Part shown: positions 28,979-39,105 of the stretch, in pieces | Position numbering within the stretch: the stretch's first letter is position 1 | Layout: each line of letters opens with the position of its first letter | DNA from: a virus | Strand: one strand, 5' to 3' | IMG/VR virus record: IMGVR_UViG_3300008050_000036 | Coordinates: 9,606-73,605 of that record | Length of the DNA stretch: 64,000 nucleotides | The notes under the pieces: generated by a model | The model's database searches: none | The model's input: only the letters and a program-made list of their open reading frames with translations | Told to the model about the DNA's origin: nothing | Translations under genes and position numbers: made by a program

Positions 28979-31900
28979 CATTGGGCGGTTGAGGGGGCAA
29001 AGAAGCGGGGATAGGCACTTCTTCTTCTTCTTCAAGAGGAACATTTACATTTGCTTCTTTTTCAGCCTCATGTTTTGTTTTTTGAGGGTATCTAAGAATA
29101 GCGGCCGGTCCTTCTACTTCTAATTCCCCTTCAATTTCTTCCCCTGCATCATCAGTAGTCTGTAATGTAATGTGTAATGGTTGTTTAGGCATATCGCCTT
29201 CTTCTGATTGGTAAGGGTCATAAAATGGGGTGGCTTCTTCATCAACCAATTCAGTAGGACCTCTTGGTGCATTATGAGCATCCATCATACCTGACCAGCC
29301 CCCACCAGTCATAGCCCCTACTGCAATTGCAGAACTAATTGCCTTTTCTTCAATCATTTCATCGTCAAGTGCTTCATTAACAGACCATTTACCACCTTCG
29401 GTTTGTTCTAAACCATATTCGCCTCCAAAGTCATTAACCATACTACTTGTTAATCCCTTAACTTTTGTTTTCAATTCAGATAGGGTCAGGGCCTCATCAT
29501 TATCCATAAGGTGTTGCTTGGCCTCAGTCAATTTTTCTTGAGAAGCACTACCTTCACCACTTGGCTCTAATAATGAGGCTTTAGTGAATAATAGGGTATT
29601 CAACGTGGGTATCGTTGGAGGATAGGGGGTAATCTCCTTAATATCATATTTACAAAGGTGGGCTGCTACTGGACCCCACAATTCGAATTGATGTTCAGCG
29701 TGGCGACCTAATGGGTTATTTGGTTTGATTGATTTAAGAGTTAATGTTGAACCATCCCACTCACTATTTACCACAACTGGTGAAGGGTGTCCTGTGTATT
29801 CTAATATCACACTACCGTTCCTACGGCTTACATGGGGTATAAGCCCCTTTGTAATATCATCACCATTTACAGTATATAATATCCATTTGTGGTGAACTTC
29901 TTTACCTTTCATAAATGTAGAGGTAGCATCTCGCAACCACACATCACCTTTGATACTATCAATACTTTTCTTTAGCCCGTCTTGGTCCGTGAACTTACAA
30001 TTAGCGGGCATAGGGAATGATACCCCTTCATCTGTTTCATACATTGTTCGCAAAAGATTTAACCTATCTTCAAGCATTTCCATGTGTATATCTTCATCCT
30101 TATGCACTAATAGGTCAATAGCCCTAAACTTTTTGCCTTTTAATACCCCATCAAAAGTGCAATTACCTTCTTGTTCTCTAATGCCTTTCTTTACAATATC
30201 CGGTAATTTTATTTTGCGCCCTTCTTTGTTAATACCTTTTACTTCATTACCTTTCTTAGAAATAATAACTCTCTTGCCTTCAGGCTTTTCCTGAATAACC
30301 CAATTACCACTAAAGCCCTTTAAGTCGCCTATATCATGTAAATCATAGATTGTGTGCGCTGGATTGATTACCTTTCGAAAAATACCAGTAGGTTCATAAT
30401 CGTCTGATTTCCATATATCCCCACTAACTATTGGTGCATGGCCTTCATCATTTGTCACAAACAATGCTGGTATATTGTTTTGTTTGGGGGTGGTAGGATA
30501 AGGCAAAATTGTAGGATTTACCATATTTACATGTCCTTCATGGGCGGTTCTTTGTAGAGTATCAAACGATTTATCCTTTATGTCAAAACGCACATTACCA
30601 CCTTTACGGTCATAATTCCAAGCAAGGGTGGTGGGCATTTTATGGCCCCAAGCATCTTTATCGCCGGTTAGATAGACTGGTGGGGTTGTTGCTTTTGAAG
30701 TAGGGTGAACTGGACCAATAGGCACATGTTGTTGATTCAAGCCCCCCGCCAACACGCTTGGGGCTATTGACTTTAATTTCTCATGCCCATTACGCATCAA
30801 CTGGTAATTAGCGGCTTGGGCTAATTGTTGTATATTGCCTCTCGCTACTGTGACTCCCCTTACATCAGAAGGGTGAGCATTAAACAAATCCGGATTATCC
30901 TTAGTCAAAGCAATAGCCATTTCTTGCATTACTTTGCCGAGGTTTTCATCGGTCTTTTCATAATGGTCGTTGTGATAAGCGTGGTATTGTTCATCTCCGG
31001 GGTGGCGTTCTTGGCTCATACCATTACGAGGCATCCCCATATCACTATGGGCAGATACAATACGACCTAATGGTTGAGTAATAAGTGCCTCCGAGGGAAT
31101 AATCATCCGTTTGCCACTACCTTCAACTTCCGAAGGGTGTAAATGATGATGATTAGATACTGACCCCCAAAGACCCCTACGAGCATTAAATGATTTAACG
31201 CGTGGGTGTTCAGACCCTACCTCCCATCCAGTAGCAATTGCAGAACGATGAGGGTGTCCTTTCATTGATTCGTGGTTAGCGGTTTCGGGGAAGTATGATG
31301 AACCGCTACTGTGGTAAGCATCTTCACTATCATTTAATGGGTGGTTTTCATTTTTTAAGAAGTCCAGCATATCGTTGCCTACCCACCCATCAAAAGCATC
31401 GGGGTATGATTGCTTCATTACAGAAATGAGAGAATCGTGCCCACGCCCTACACCTCCCCAATACTGAAAGGGATTCCACCAATGGTGGGTATGAGAAGGC
31501 GCAATACCTCCATTTTCTTCAACAAAGGGCGATTTGAAATGTTTTAGGTCGCTATTCATATCATCTGCCGATACCGGACCATGACGGTCTGATGCCCTTT
31601 GCCACCAACGGGCAATAGGTAAGAATCGCTCAAAGTAATTGCGTTTTGCTCGCCCCCAAGACATACCAGTAGCGGCGGGCATATCGTTAATTATTTTCTT
31701 TGCGGCGGGGCTATTAGGTGATTCGGTTTGACCTAATTTACGCAACATTCCCATAAATGCTTCATTTTGGTCAGGGGATTGCCATTCTGTCCCAAAAAGA
31801 TATGAAAGCATACCTAAGTTATTCCATTCCTTCTTTTTTACATCAATATATTCATCATCCGAAATAAATGAGTGACGGGTTTCTTTGTCATTTTTATACA

Positions 31901-32450
31901 ATTGGTGTTGTGATTCGTGGGGTCGCCCCATTATATCTTCATAGGTTTGTGGTAAAACACCCATCTTTTCTGCTTCTTGCATGGTTTGTAGTATTGTTTT
32001 TCCTTCTTCATCTTCTTCAATTAGATGTAATAAATGGTTAATAAATGCAGGTTCGCCCCATTGTGCGCCATGAAGTAGGGGGCAAGTAGGCAATTCCCAT
32101 GAAAAGGGGTGTCTTTTACCAAAGGGGTTTTCTTTATGTGGCTGCGGCCAATCTTGAGTATAAGAAGTAGAGAACTTGCGCTGATTACTCATATAATCGT
32201 CATATGCTTCAGGTAATTTGATATTTGTTATGAATGAGGGTTTATTGAGGTCATTCATACGATATTGGGGTTTTTGTTGGATGATTGAAGGTAATGCGCT
32301 CATTAGTGCGGCATCTTCTTTGAGTAATGGCTCATCAGGTCCATAAAACTCTTTGACCGCTTTTAAGAACTTATCTGCATCAACTGGTAAATTACCAACT
32401 AATGCTACTGCGGTATCTGTCCTAATGCGAATGAACTCTTGGTTATCCAT
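28974..32450 (-). CDS. Large head-associated protein with ATP-dependent DNA ligase-like nucleotidyltransferase domain
   Basis: WVIQEKPEGKRVII (motif I, KxDG variant), TFDGVL (motif III), FRAIDLL (motif IIIa), LEDRLNLL. Lies between portal and protease. Confidence 0.75.
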   Translation of the reverse strand: MDNQEFIRIRTDTAVALVGNLPVDADKFLKAVKEFYGPDEPLLKEDAALMSALPSIIQQKPQYRMNDLNKPSFITNIKLPEAYDDYMSNQRKFSTSYTQDWPQPHKENPFGKRHPFSWELPTCPLLHGAQWGEPAFINHLLHLIEEDEEGKTILQTMQEAEKMGVLPQTYEDIMGRPHESQHQLYKNDKETRHSFISDDEYIDVKKKEWNNLGMLSYLFGTEWQSPDQNEAFMGMLRKLGQTESPNSPAAKKIINDMPAATGMSWGRAKRNYFERFLPIARWWQRASDRHGPVSADDMNSDLKHFKSPFVEENGGIAPSHTHHWWNPFQYWGGVGRGHDSLISVMKQSYPDAFDGWVGNDMLDFLKNENHPLNDSEDAYHSSGSSYFPETANHESMKGHPHRSAIATGWEVGSEHPRVKSFNARRGLWGSVSNHHHLHPSEVEGSGKRMIIPSEALITQPLGRIVSAHSDMGMPRNGMSQERHPGDEQYHAYHNDHYEKTDENLGKVMQEMAIALTKDNPDLFNAHPSDVRGVTVARGNIQQLAQAANYQLMRNGHEKLKSIAPSVLAGGLNQQHVPIGPVHPTSKATTPPVYLTGDKDAWGHKMPTTLAWNYDRKGGNVRFDIKDKSFDTLQRTAHEGHVNMVNPTILPYPTTPKQNNIPALFVTNDEGHAPIVSGDIWKSDDYEPTGIFRKVINPAHTIYDLHDIGDLKGFSGNWVIQEKPEGKRVIISKKGNEVKGINKEGRKIKLPDIVKKGIREQEGNCTFDGVLKGKKFRAIDLLVHKDEDIHMEMLEDRLNLLRTMYETDEGVSFPMPANCKFTDQDGLKKSIDSIKGDVWLRDATSTFMKGKEVHHKWILYTVNGDDITKGLIPHVSRRNGSVILEYTGHPSPVVVNSEWDGSTLTLKSIKPNNPLGRHAEHQFELWGPVAAHLCKYDIKEITPYPPTIPTLNTLLFTKASLLEPSGEGSASQEKLTEAKQHLMDNDEALTLSELKTKVKGLTSSMVNDFGGEYGLEQTEGGKWSVNEALDDEMIEEKAISSAIAVGAMTGGGWSGMMDAHNAPRGPTELVDEEATPFYDPYQSEEGDMPKQPLHITLQTTDDAGEEIEGELEVEGPAAILRYPQKTKHEAEKEANVNVPLEEEEEVPIPASLPPQPPNA

Positions 32451-32463
32451 TTTTTTAGCCCCC

Positions 32464-33228
32464 TTATTGGAGGCGTTTCGCAACCTTTTCTATTAGGTCG
32501 GCTATTTCATCCACAATGCCCGGATTACCATAACCGCCCGCCTTCTTCAATTGTGTTAATGATTCTTCGATTGGTGCTTTATTCCAATTGCCAAGTGAAC
32601 GGTTGCCCCCATCAATGAGGTGCATATGTAGGCTGCTGCCTTTTTCATCATATCCTGTTTGCGATACAGAAGGGATTTGGGCTTTTTCACTAATGAATGA
32701 CCTTTTGGGTGCTTCGGTTTTATAATCAGGCACTACTTGATTTGTGCTATAATTAACTGCTTGTATCGGAGTGCCGCCGCTATGGTCTTGAAATGTAGGA
32801 ACGGAATTATCAATTGAACCTTCTTGTTCATATTTAGCAAAAATACCTTTGGTTTCAAGGAACTCGGTTGTCTTATCTATACATGCACATTTCCCTTTTT
32901 TTGTTTTAGTGCTATTACAATCAGCACAATCATTAAGCAGACCATCACCAAACATGCCGCCTGAGTAGCAATAAGAACAATTGGGTTGGCCGCATGGTTT
33001 TGCTATTGTGCAATTTTTTCCCTGTGCCTTTTCCATATCCTTCTTGGGCTTGTTATGCTTCTGCTTCTTGGATTTAGGCAACTTAGGTAATTTTTCATCA
33101 CCACGATTTGGTTTGAAGTCAGATGTTTCGGCACAACCGAGGTTCTTTTCAATTGATTTAACAAGTATGAGCAATTCTCCTTCAGGGGTCGCCAGTGGGT
33201 CTTTCCATGTTGGTTGCATATTATTCAC
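32464..33228 (-). CDS. Hypothetical head-module protein with Cys-rich insert
   Basis: CTIAKPCGQPNCSYC...CADC...CAC. Several hydrophobic-x-K motifs. Confidence 0.75.
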   Translation of the reverse strand: MNNMQPTWKDPLATPEGELLILVKSIEKNLGCAETSDFKPNRGDEKLPKLPKSKKQKHNKPKKDMEKAQGKNCTIAKPCGQPNCSYCYSGGMFGDGLLNDCADCNSTKTKKGKCACIDKTTEFLETKGIFAKYEQEGSIDNSVPTFQDHSGGTPIQAVNYSTNQVVPDYKTEAPKRSFISEKAQIPSVSQTGYDEKGSSLHMHLIDGGNRSLGNWNKAPIEESLTQLKKAGGYGNPGIVDEIADLIEKVAKRLQ

Positions 33229-33575
33229 CTATATCGTTGTGCTGATGGTGAAGAAGGGGCAGGTAATTCTGCTTCCATCTTTCGCCATTCTTCTAATTCT
33301 TGTTGGTGGTCGCTTTTAGCAAGCATATCACTATTGAAACCAAATACCTGTTCATCGTTTTGGTCGCGGTGTAGTGGGTCAAATGTTTCATCAGCCAATG
33401 GTGTGACCGCCCTTAACCACCCTGCCTTTTTCATCATTGTTTCAGGGTCATCAACTGCTTTGAGTAATGATGTATTATGTGATTCTAATGTTTCAATGCG
33501 CTTCCGAAGGGTGCGAATCTCCCCTACCATTTCTTTGAGAAGGTCTGCCGTTGCTTGCCCAATATCACCAGTCAT
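33225..33575 (-). CDS. Coiled-coil head-module protein
   Basis: LLKEMVGEIRTLRKRIETLE heptads. Coupled to neighbours. Confidence 0.75.
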   Translation of the reverse strand: MTGDIGQATADLLKEMVGEIRTLRKRIETLESHNTSLLKAVDDPETMMKKAGWLRAVTPLADETFDPLHRDQNDEQVFGFNSDMLAKSDHQQELEEWRKMEAELPAPSSPSAQRYR

Positions 33576-33576
33576 A

Positions 33577-34164
33577 TTACATTCCCCCCATTCCCATTGG
33601 ACCGGGCATAGGCATTCCGCCCGGAGGCATACCCGCTGGTCCGGCTTGCGGCATATTCATCAATGCGCCTAAATCTATTCCGGGAGGCAAACCCCCGCCC
33701 ATTCCGGGTTGGTGATTTACCATCGAAGCGTCTTTATGTGCGATAACTGTTAGTATGTTTCTTGCATCTTCAAGCACACTTCTAAAAGCCATAAGAGATT
33801 CACTGTGAGCCATTACTGCATCACTATCAAGTCCTTCGGTGTATTTGCTTTGCCCAATAGTGCCGATGTGTGCGGTTATGTCTGTCGCAAGGTCAGTCAT
33901 TCTTTGTTCCCAATCGGCCAAAGCCTCTTTATTATTAGGATATACTTTACCACTGGTAAGTGCATCCAAATCTTCAGGCATTGGTTCGCTTGGCATCATG
34001 GGCGGTGGTGGTGCTGGTGAAGAAGTAGGTGGTGATACTGCGGAAGGATTAGGCACTGTTTGACTAACGCCCCCTGCCCCTGCATCTTGTTTTTGTAATA
34101 GAGAAGCCCCAAAGTCTAATACTTTCATGCGGTCAGCAATAGAAGGATTAGCACGATAAGCCAT
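33577..34164 (-). CDS. Pro/Gly/Met-rich hypothetical protein
   Basis: Start MAYRANP at 34164 after a GGAGTGA RBS. Ends PGGMPMPGPMGMGGM. Confidence 0.75.
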   Translation of the reverse strand: MAYRANPSIADRMKVLDFGASLLQKQDAGAGGVSQTVPNPSAVSPPTSSPAPPPPMMPSEPMPEDLDALTSGKVYPNNKEALADWEQRMTDLATDITAHIGTIGQSKYTEGLDSDAVMAHSESLMAFRSVLEDARNILTVIAHKDASMVNHQPGMGGGLPPGIDLGALMNMPQAGPAGMPPGGMPMPGPMGMGGM

Positions 34165-34169
34165 TAAAA

Positions 34170-34553
34170 TCACTCCGTTTGTGGTCGCCAAATGTTAGAT
34201 GAGCGACCCATACGCGATACACCAAGAACTACTGCCCCTTCTGACCCGTCATAATCGCTGGTTGTTTCTTTGTGAATACCTATATTGCCAAGAGGTTGTC
34301 CCTCTCCTTGAATTACATTTTCATCACTTTTTGCGATAGCAGCAGAAGCCTCCATTGATTTAACGAGGTTTAAGTCGCGCTCAAGGATTTCTAATGCGTT
34401 TTTGGCTTCTGTAATATGTTTCGCTACATCATCACTATTGTTATGTGCAATAGCAATTTGCATGGCCTCCATACTCGCCAAAGCCCTACGAGCCATTGGG
34501 TCCATTTTCTTTATCAATCCAAAATCAAGGAAGCCTTCTACCATCTCAACCAT
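34170..34553 (-). CDS. Helical hypothetical head-module protein
   Basis: GGGAG RBS before MVEMVEG. ATTAAATAG TATA-like box further upstream. Confidence 0.7.
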   Translation of the reverse strand: MVEMVEGFLDFGLIKKMDPMARRALASMEAMQIAIAHNNSDDVAKHITEAKNALEILERDLNLVKSMEASAAIAKSDENVIQGEGQPLGNIGIHKETTSDYDGSEGAVVLGVSRMGRSSNIWRPQTE

Positions 34554-34590
34554 ATACTCCCAAAGCGCACTATTTAATGAAGGTTGCCTC

Positions 34591-36405
34591 TTAATCAATG
34601 CCTAAACGATTATCTATGTCCTTAATTTTTCTATCCACATTAGATATTCCCGGTGGGTCTAAATCCCTTGCATCACCTTTACTTTGCCCAAACTTAGTAG
34701 AACCACCCCATGCTTTCTTTTTATGGTCCGGCGACCTACCACTACCCTTTCTATGTAATGCGTTTTGGTTCAACCCTATACTACGTAGTGGTGGTAATTC
34801 CGTTCCCATTGTGGTTCGCAATGAACCCGAAATAGGAACAGAACCATGAATAGGGTCAGTGACATTCCTTTTCATAATATCCATCATTGAAGGTGGCAAT
34901 ACCCATTCGCTTGTTTGAACTGGGGTTGGGCCTCCGCCATGCTGACCTGAAGGCATAGGTGGCCCCTGTCCTCCCTGTTCGGGTGGTGCGGCTGGTGGGG
35001 GTGGTGCTTCTTTGTAATCAAATCTTAAACCAGCCACTTGTTCATCACGGAGGTTAGCCTCATAGCCCGCTTGTTTCATTTGCATCATGTTTCTAATTTG
35101 CATTTCATCCTTACGCATAAGCAAAATCTCATCTTCTTCTTCATGTGGTGTCAAATCAATAGTCCATTCCGTGATTTGTAATGCTTCAAGTAATAGAGGG
35201 AATAATCTAAAATTATACATATTTTGACTGGCGGCTAAAGTGCGGTTTGTCACTACAATTTGCATACCTTCGTTATTCAAACCACCGCCCGATACATCAT
35301 TCATAAACACATTAGAAATACCGTAAAACGATGAAATGCGTTGGCGTATGTCGTCTTTGATGGGGATATACTGCAATTCTTCCAGTGTGTCCATCATACG
35401 GACATATTCAATGCCCCCACGCCCACTTTCTGTTTCAACCCCAATTGTAGGTATGTGTTGAGGGTCACGCTCAAGATGTTCCTGTATGTTTCGTGCCGTT
35501 CTCTCCACCGTTTCAAGATTGGATGATTTGATAACCATTACACCTCTTGGCATTCTGCGCTTTTGATATGCTGCATATACATAATTATCCATAGCAATTA
35601 GAGTATTGACTTGTCGCCATAATGTAGCAACGGGTGAACGGCCATATAATTTAGATGGCGACCATTTACTCAAATGTATTACTTCGCCTTCGGTATAGAC
35701 CTGCCCTTTACCTACACCTGCAAGATTCATATAATGAATAGGCACAACAGGCAAACCTGTTTTTGGGCATTTTTCATCTTTATCACTTGTGCGGAATGAC
35801 CTATCTAATAGACTGGTATATTGTTTTCCTCCCCTTATGCCCCGCTTATCACTAACAATACGCATAAAAATTGGGTCTGCTCTTGTAATTTCTTTTATTC
35901 TGTAAAATTGCGGTTTGCCTGAAGTAGGGTCCACAAAGTATTCTTTGGTGAGAATAATGTAGGCATCATCAACGATATTCAAGTCCATTTCAATTTCACG
36001 CAATACTTCAAGAAAAGATTGACCCATTCGGTTGTCATGCTCAAGCAATACCTTTGCATATTCTAATTGTCCTTTGTCTGCGGGGCGCACTTCACCTTCA
36101 CATTCAATACAATTATCCACTTCTTTTTGGTATTCTGTTTCGCATTCCCTACACTTTACCACAAAATTAGATTTCCAATCCCACCCTTTACGGAATGTTT
36201 CGGTAGCCAAATGGTTAAGAATAGAGCGTAATACTAAGCATTCATAAGCCGCAGCGTATAGTGCAGGTATTGTAATTCCCTGTAATAATGCCGGTTCTTG
36301 CACACCACTGGTGAACAAAGGCATTTCAGGGGTTGGTGTGCTATGGCGTTCCATATCCACCCCAAGAGCAGAAAAGAGCCGTTCAATTCGCTTTTTATCA
36401 ACCAT
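34591..36405 (-). CDS. Portal protein
   Basis: VIHLSKWSPSKLYGRSPVATL, RMPRGVM, RQRISSFYGISNVFMND..GGLNNEGMQ are portal motifs. Follows the terminase. Confidence 0.9.
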   Translation of the reverse strand: MVDKKRIERLFSALGVDMERHSTPTPEMPLFTSGVQEPALLQGITIPALYAAAYECLVLRSILNHLATETFRKGWDWKSNFVVKCRECETEYQKEVDNCIECEGEVRPADKGQLEYAKVLLEHDNRMGQSFLEVLREIEMDLNIVDDAYIILTKEYFVDPTSGKPQFYRIKEITRADPIFMRIVSDKRGIRGGKQYTSLLDRSFRTSDKDEKCPKTGLPVVPIHYMNLAGVGKGQVYTEGEVIHLSKWSPSKLYGRSPVATLWRQVNTLIAMDNYVYAAYQKRRMPRGVMVIKSSNLETVERTARNIQEHLERDPQHIPTIGVETESGRGGIEYVRMMDTLEELQYIPIKDDIRQRISSFYGISNVFMNDVSGGGLNNEGMQIVVTNRTLAASQNMYNFRLFPLLLEALQITEWTIDLTPHEEEDEILLMRKDEMQIRNMMQMKQAGYEANLRDEQVAGLRFDYKEAPPPPAAPPEQGGQGPPMPSGQHGGGPTPVQTSEWVLPPSMMDIMKRNVTDPIHGSVPISGSLRTTMGTELPPLRSIGLNQNALHRKGSGRSPDHKKKAWGGSTKFGQSKGDARDLDPPGISNVDRKIKDIDNRLGID

Positions 36406-37672
36406 TGATTATATCCTCCAACCAAGAATCTAAAGTATCAATAGGCACATTCCATGCTTTGAGTAATGTGGTTTGGTGTTGTAAGTCGGCATGTTGAAAT
36501 GCTAATATGCGACCCGCATTTTCATTTCCTTCAAGAGAAGCAAGAATTAAATGGGCTTCGGTTTTCTTTTTATTCAAAAATGGCAAAGCGAGATTTGCTG
36601 CCTTTATCACGGCTTGGTCGCCCTCAATCACAAATTGCTTGCCCTCCCACATAATACCCTCTACACCCAATTCCCTTTTTAGCACAACGGTATAATCTTC
36701 TGCTCGCTTTGAATTAAAAGGTAAAAATAAACGAGGTGAACCAGTGGGTGACATTTCCACCCTACCTTCAACCTCCCATAAATTACCAATAAAGGAGTCA
36801 TATTCTTTTAAGAAAAGTGGGGGTTTATTTGTGCCATAATATAATGTCCTGTCGTCATTTTTAGTGCCTTTACCTACTACTTTAAGGTCATATAAATAGC
36901 CATAGGCTTTTATCAATGAAGCAACTTCTTGTGTAGTGCCTTTTACCCCATATGAACTAATGGTTTGGGCATTCATGTGACCGTTTTTTGTTAAAACCTC
37001 ATTACATGCCTTAAGGATGGTTCGCTCTCGCCTACTTATCCTATTTTCAGCATTAAGGCGCATATCCCATGTTTTCCAAATCTCATCCACTTCTTCATCA
37101 GTATTGGCTTTCTTTAGAGCCACTATGGTTTGGCGTAATGGTAATTCTAAACGGTCAGGGTATTTAGCCAATAAATTATAATCGTTATCTTGAAGGCGTA
37201 AAGTAATTTCATCATTATCATACCACCATTCATATTGCTTCAAAATAGCCCGTTGTTCAGCACGTAATAATGCTAATACACTTGGTATAATCTCATGTTC
37301 ACCACCTTTTTCTAATAATTCTACTAATTTTTCACCCCTTATACCGAAAGTGTCTTTGAAGTATGTTTTTGATAATTGGGGCGGAATAGGGGGTGCATCG
37401 GCAATAACACCGGGTTGAGTGGGTGTGCTTTGTTGTGCATTACCTTGTAATCCAGTTATGTCAGAACCTTTAGTGGCTTGAGATGGTAAAGGAGTATTGT
37501 CTTGACCCTGCGACTCTTGTTGGTTGTTCATATCTTCCATAGCCTGTGTCAATTCTTTTTCTTTTTGTTGAACCTTCAATGAAGCGGGGTCAGTTCCTCC
37601 GCCCGTTGGTAATAACTTCACCAAAGAATCATTTATTGTTTTTATGTCCGGATTCCATTTTATTTGTTTCAT
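36398..37672 (-). CDS. Protein with winged-HTH-like segment and degenerate LAGLIDADG-like domain
   Basis: FIGNLWEVEGRV..PRLFL...LKRELGVEGI...LALPFLNKKKTEA resembles a single LAGLIDADG domain. ATGA overlap with the terminase gives start 37672. Confidence 0.55.
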   Translation of the reverse strand: MKQIKWNPDIKTINDSLVKLLPTGGGTDPASLKVQQKEKELTQAMEDMNNQQESQGQDNTPLPSQATKGSDITGLQGNAQQSTPTQPGVIADAPPIPPQLSKTYFKDTFGIRGEKLVELLEKGGEHEIIPSVLALLRAEQRAILKQYEWWYDNDEITLRLQDNDYNLLAKYPDRLELPLRQTIVALKKANTDEEVDEIWKTWDMRLNAENRISRRERTILKACNEVLTKNGHMNAQTISSYGVKGTTQEVASLIKAYGYLYDLKVVGKGTKNDDRTLYYGTNKPPLFLKEYDSFIGNLWEVEGRVEMSPTGSPRLFLPFNSKRAEDYTVVLKRELGVEGIMWEGKQFVIEGDQAVIKAANLALPFLNKKKTEAHLILASLEGNENAGRILAFQHADLQHQTTLLKAWNVPIDTLDSWLEDIING

Positions 37673-39099
37673 TCCGAACCACCCCACCCTAATCTTTTAG
37701 TCCATGCTTCGGCATCCAACATAACTATATTATCTCTATACTCTTTTGTTGCTTGAACTGCTAATGCTAATGCAATTACTGTGTCATCGTGCTTGCCGAG
37801 CGACTCCATCTTACCGTTTGGCAACAATGTGAACATTGACAACTCATTTAAGAGGTTATCCATGTGTCGGCGTGTTGCGCCTTCATCTTTGTATGGTAAT
37901 GCCAAATGCCGTTGTTCGAAATGTAATTGTAAAGTGTGCATTACTGCTTCTTTACGCATACGGCTCATAGTGAATGGTTTTATGGGTAAATCACTTATTT
38001 CTTTTAATACTTGATGAAATGCTTGAGCGAAGTTATTTGTTTCTAATTCAATAATAACTGGGTTATAGCGGGCATTCAATTCAATAACTTTGTCAATTTG
38101 AGAACTAAAGTCCATCCCCTTTTCGTGGTGCATCCATACCACCCGTTTATGGCGGTTAGCATCCATAGCAATAACAACCATACAAGTGTAATCGGCTTTT
38201 CTATCAGGGCTAATCGCAGGGTCCCACCCAATATAATAATTAACTTGTTCATCATCATCACCATCCATAAGAGCGTTGAACTCCAAAGCCCTGCTGGTAT
38301 CTTTACAAGACTCTAACATATCTTCAGGGAATAAACTCGATTCACTGGCTATCGGCTTACATAAGTATTCTCTTGTGAAAGCAATAGAAGTCATTTCGCC
38401 CCTACGAGTCTGCAAGGCTTCTAAAGACCAGCGTTCAGGCCAAAGTGGATTGCCACTTTTTTCATCAATGGCGGGATATTCCCCCACCCAATAACCTTTC
38501 AAACTCCTTAATTCTTGGTAAAGGTCAGTATATGAAAAAGGTGTTCCTACAATACATAATTGTGCGGTGTGGTGAAGCACTGGTAAAAGGGCAGTATAGA
38601 ACCAAGTAGCAATATGGGCTAATTGTGTAGCGGCTTCGCTTGAAAGTATATCGTCAAGCACTACAATGTCGGGGTGCGCCCCACGAACCGCTTTACCCAC
38701 AGACATAGCATGAATACTGGATTTATTAGTGAACTTGAACTTCTGTTTATTCCAACCTCTTTTTGGTTTAAGGTGCGCTAAAGCAGGAATAGACATTATC
38801 ATTTCATCCATTTTAGCCATGTGTTCAATAGACTGGTGCTGACTGTGTGAAAAGAAAAGCACTTCTGTTCCGGGGTTATAGGCTAATTTCCATAACAAAT
38901 AACATCTAAAAAAAACGGATTTGCCGTGGTCGCGGCTCGCTATAACGCATACTTTGGTATTGTTTTCTGCCGCATCAAACCATTCTTTATGAAAAGAAGC
39001 CAACTGAAAGGCACAAATATCTTCAAAAAAGTATTGAAAATCACGCCGCCCCATATCCCAATCTACTTTATTGGTGAGGTCTAAAACAGCATCCGACAT
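37669..39099 (-). CDS. terL: Terminase large subunit
   Basis: Walker A ASRDHGKS, Walker B IVVLDDIL, coupling motif VGTP, nuclease IGWDPA and HDDTVIALALA. Confidence 0.95.
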   Translation of the reverse strand: MSDAVLDLTNKVDWDMGRRDFQYFFEDICAFQLASFHKEWFDAAENNTKVCVIASRDHGKSVFFRCYLLWKLAYNPGTEVLFFSHSQHQSIEHMAKMDEMIMSIPALAHLKPKRGWNKQKFKFTNKSSIHAMSVGKAVRGAHPDIVVLDDILSSEAATQLAHIATWFYTALLPVLHHTAQLCIVGTPFSYTDLYQELRSLKGYWVGEYPAIDEKSGNPLWPERWSLEALQTRRGEMTSIAFTREYLCKPIASESSLFPEDMLESCKDTSRALEFNALMDGDDDEQVNYYIGWDPAISPDRKADYTCMVVIAMDANRHKRVVWMHHEKGMDFSSQIDKVIELNARYNPVIIELETNNFAQAFHQVLKEISDLPIKPFTMSRMRKEAVMHTLQLHFEQRHLALPYKDEGATRRHMDNLLNELSMFTLLPNGKMESLGKHDDTVIALALAVQATKEYRDNIVMLDAEAWTKRLGWGGSE

Positions 39100-39105
39100 A
39101 AAACA

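Noticed and set aside
37669-39099. Intein or intron in the terminase
   Set aside because: Length (476 aa) and motif spacing are normal, and no splice-junction motifs were seen.
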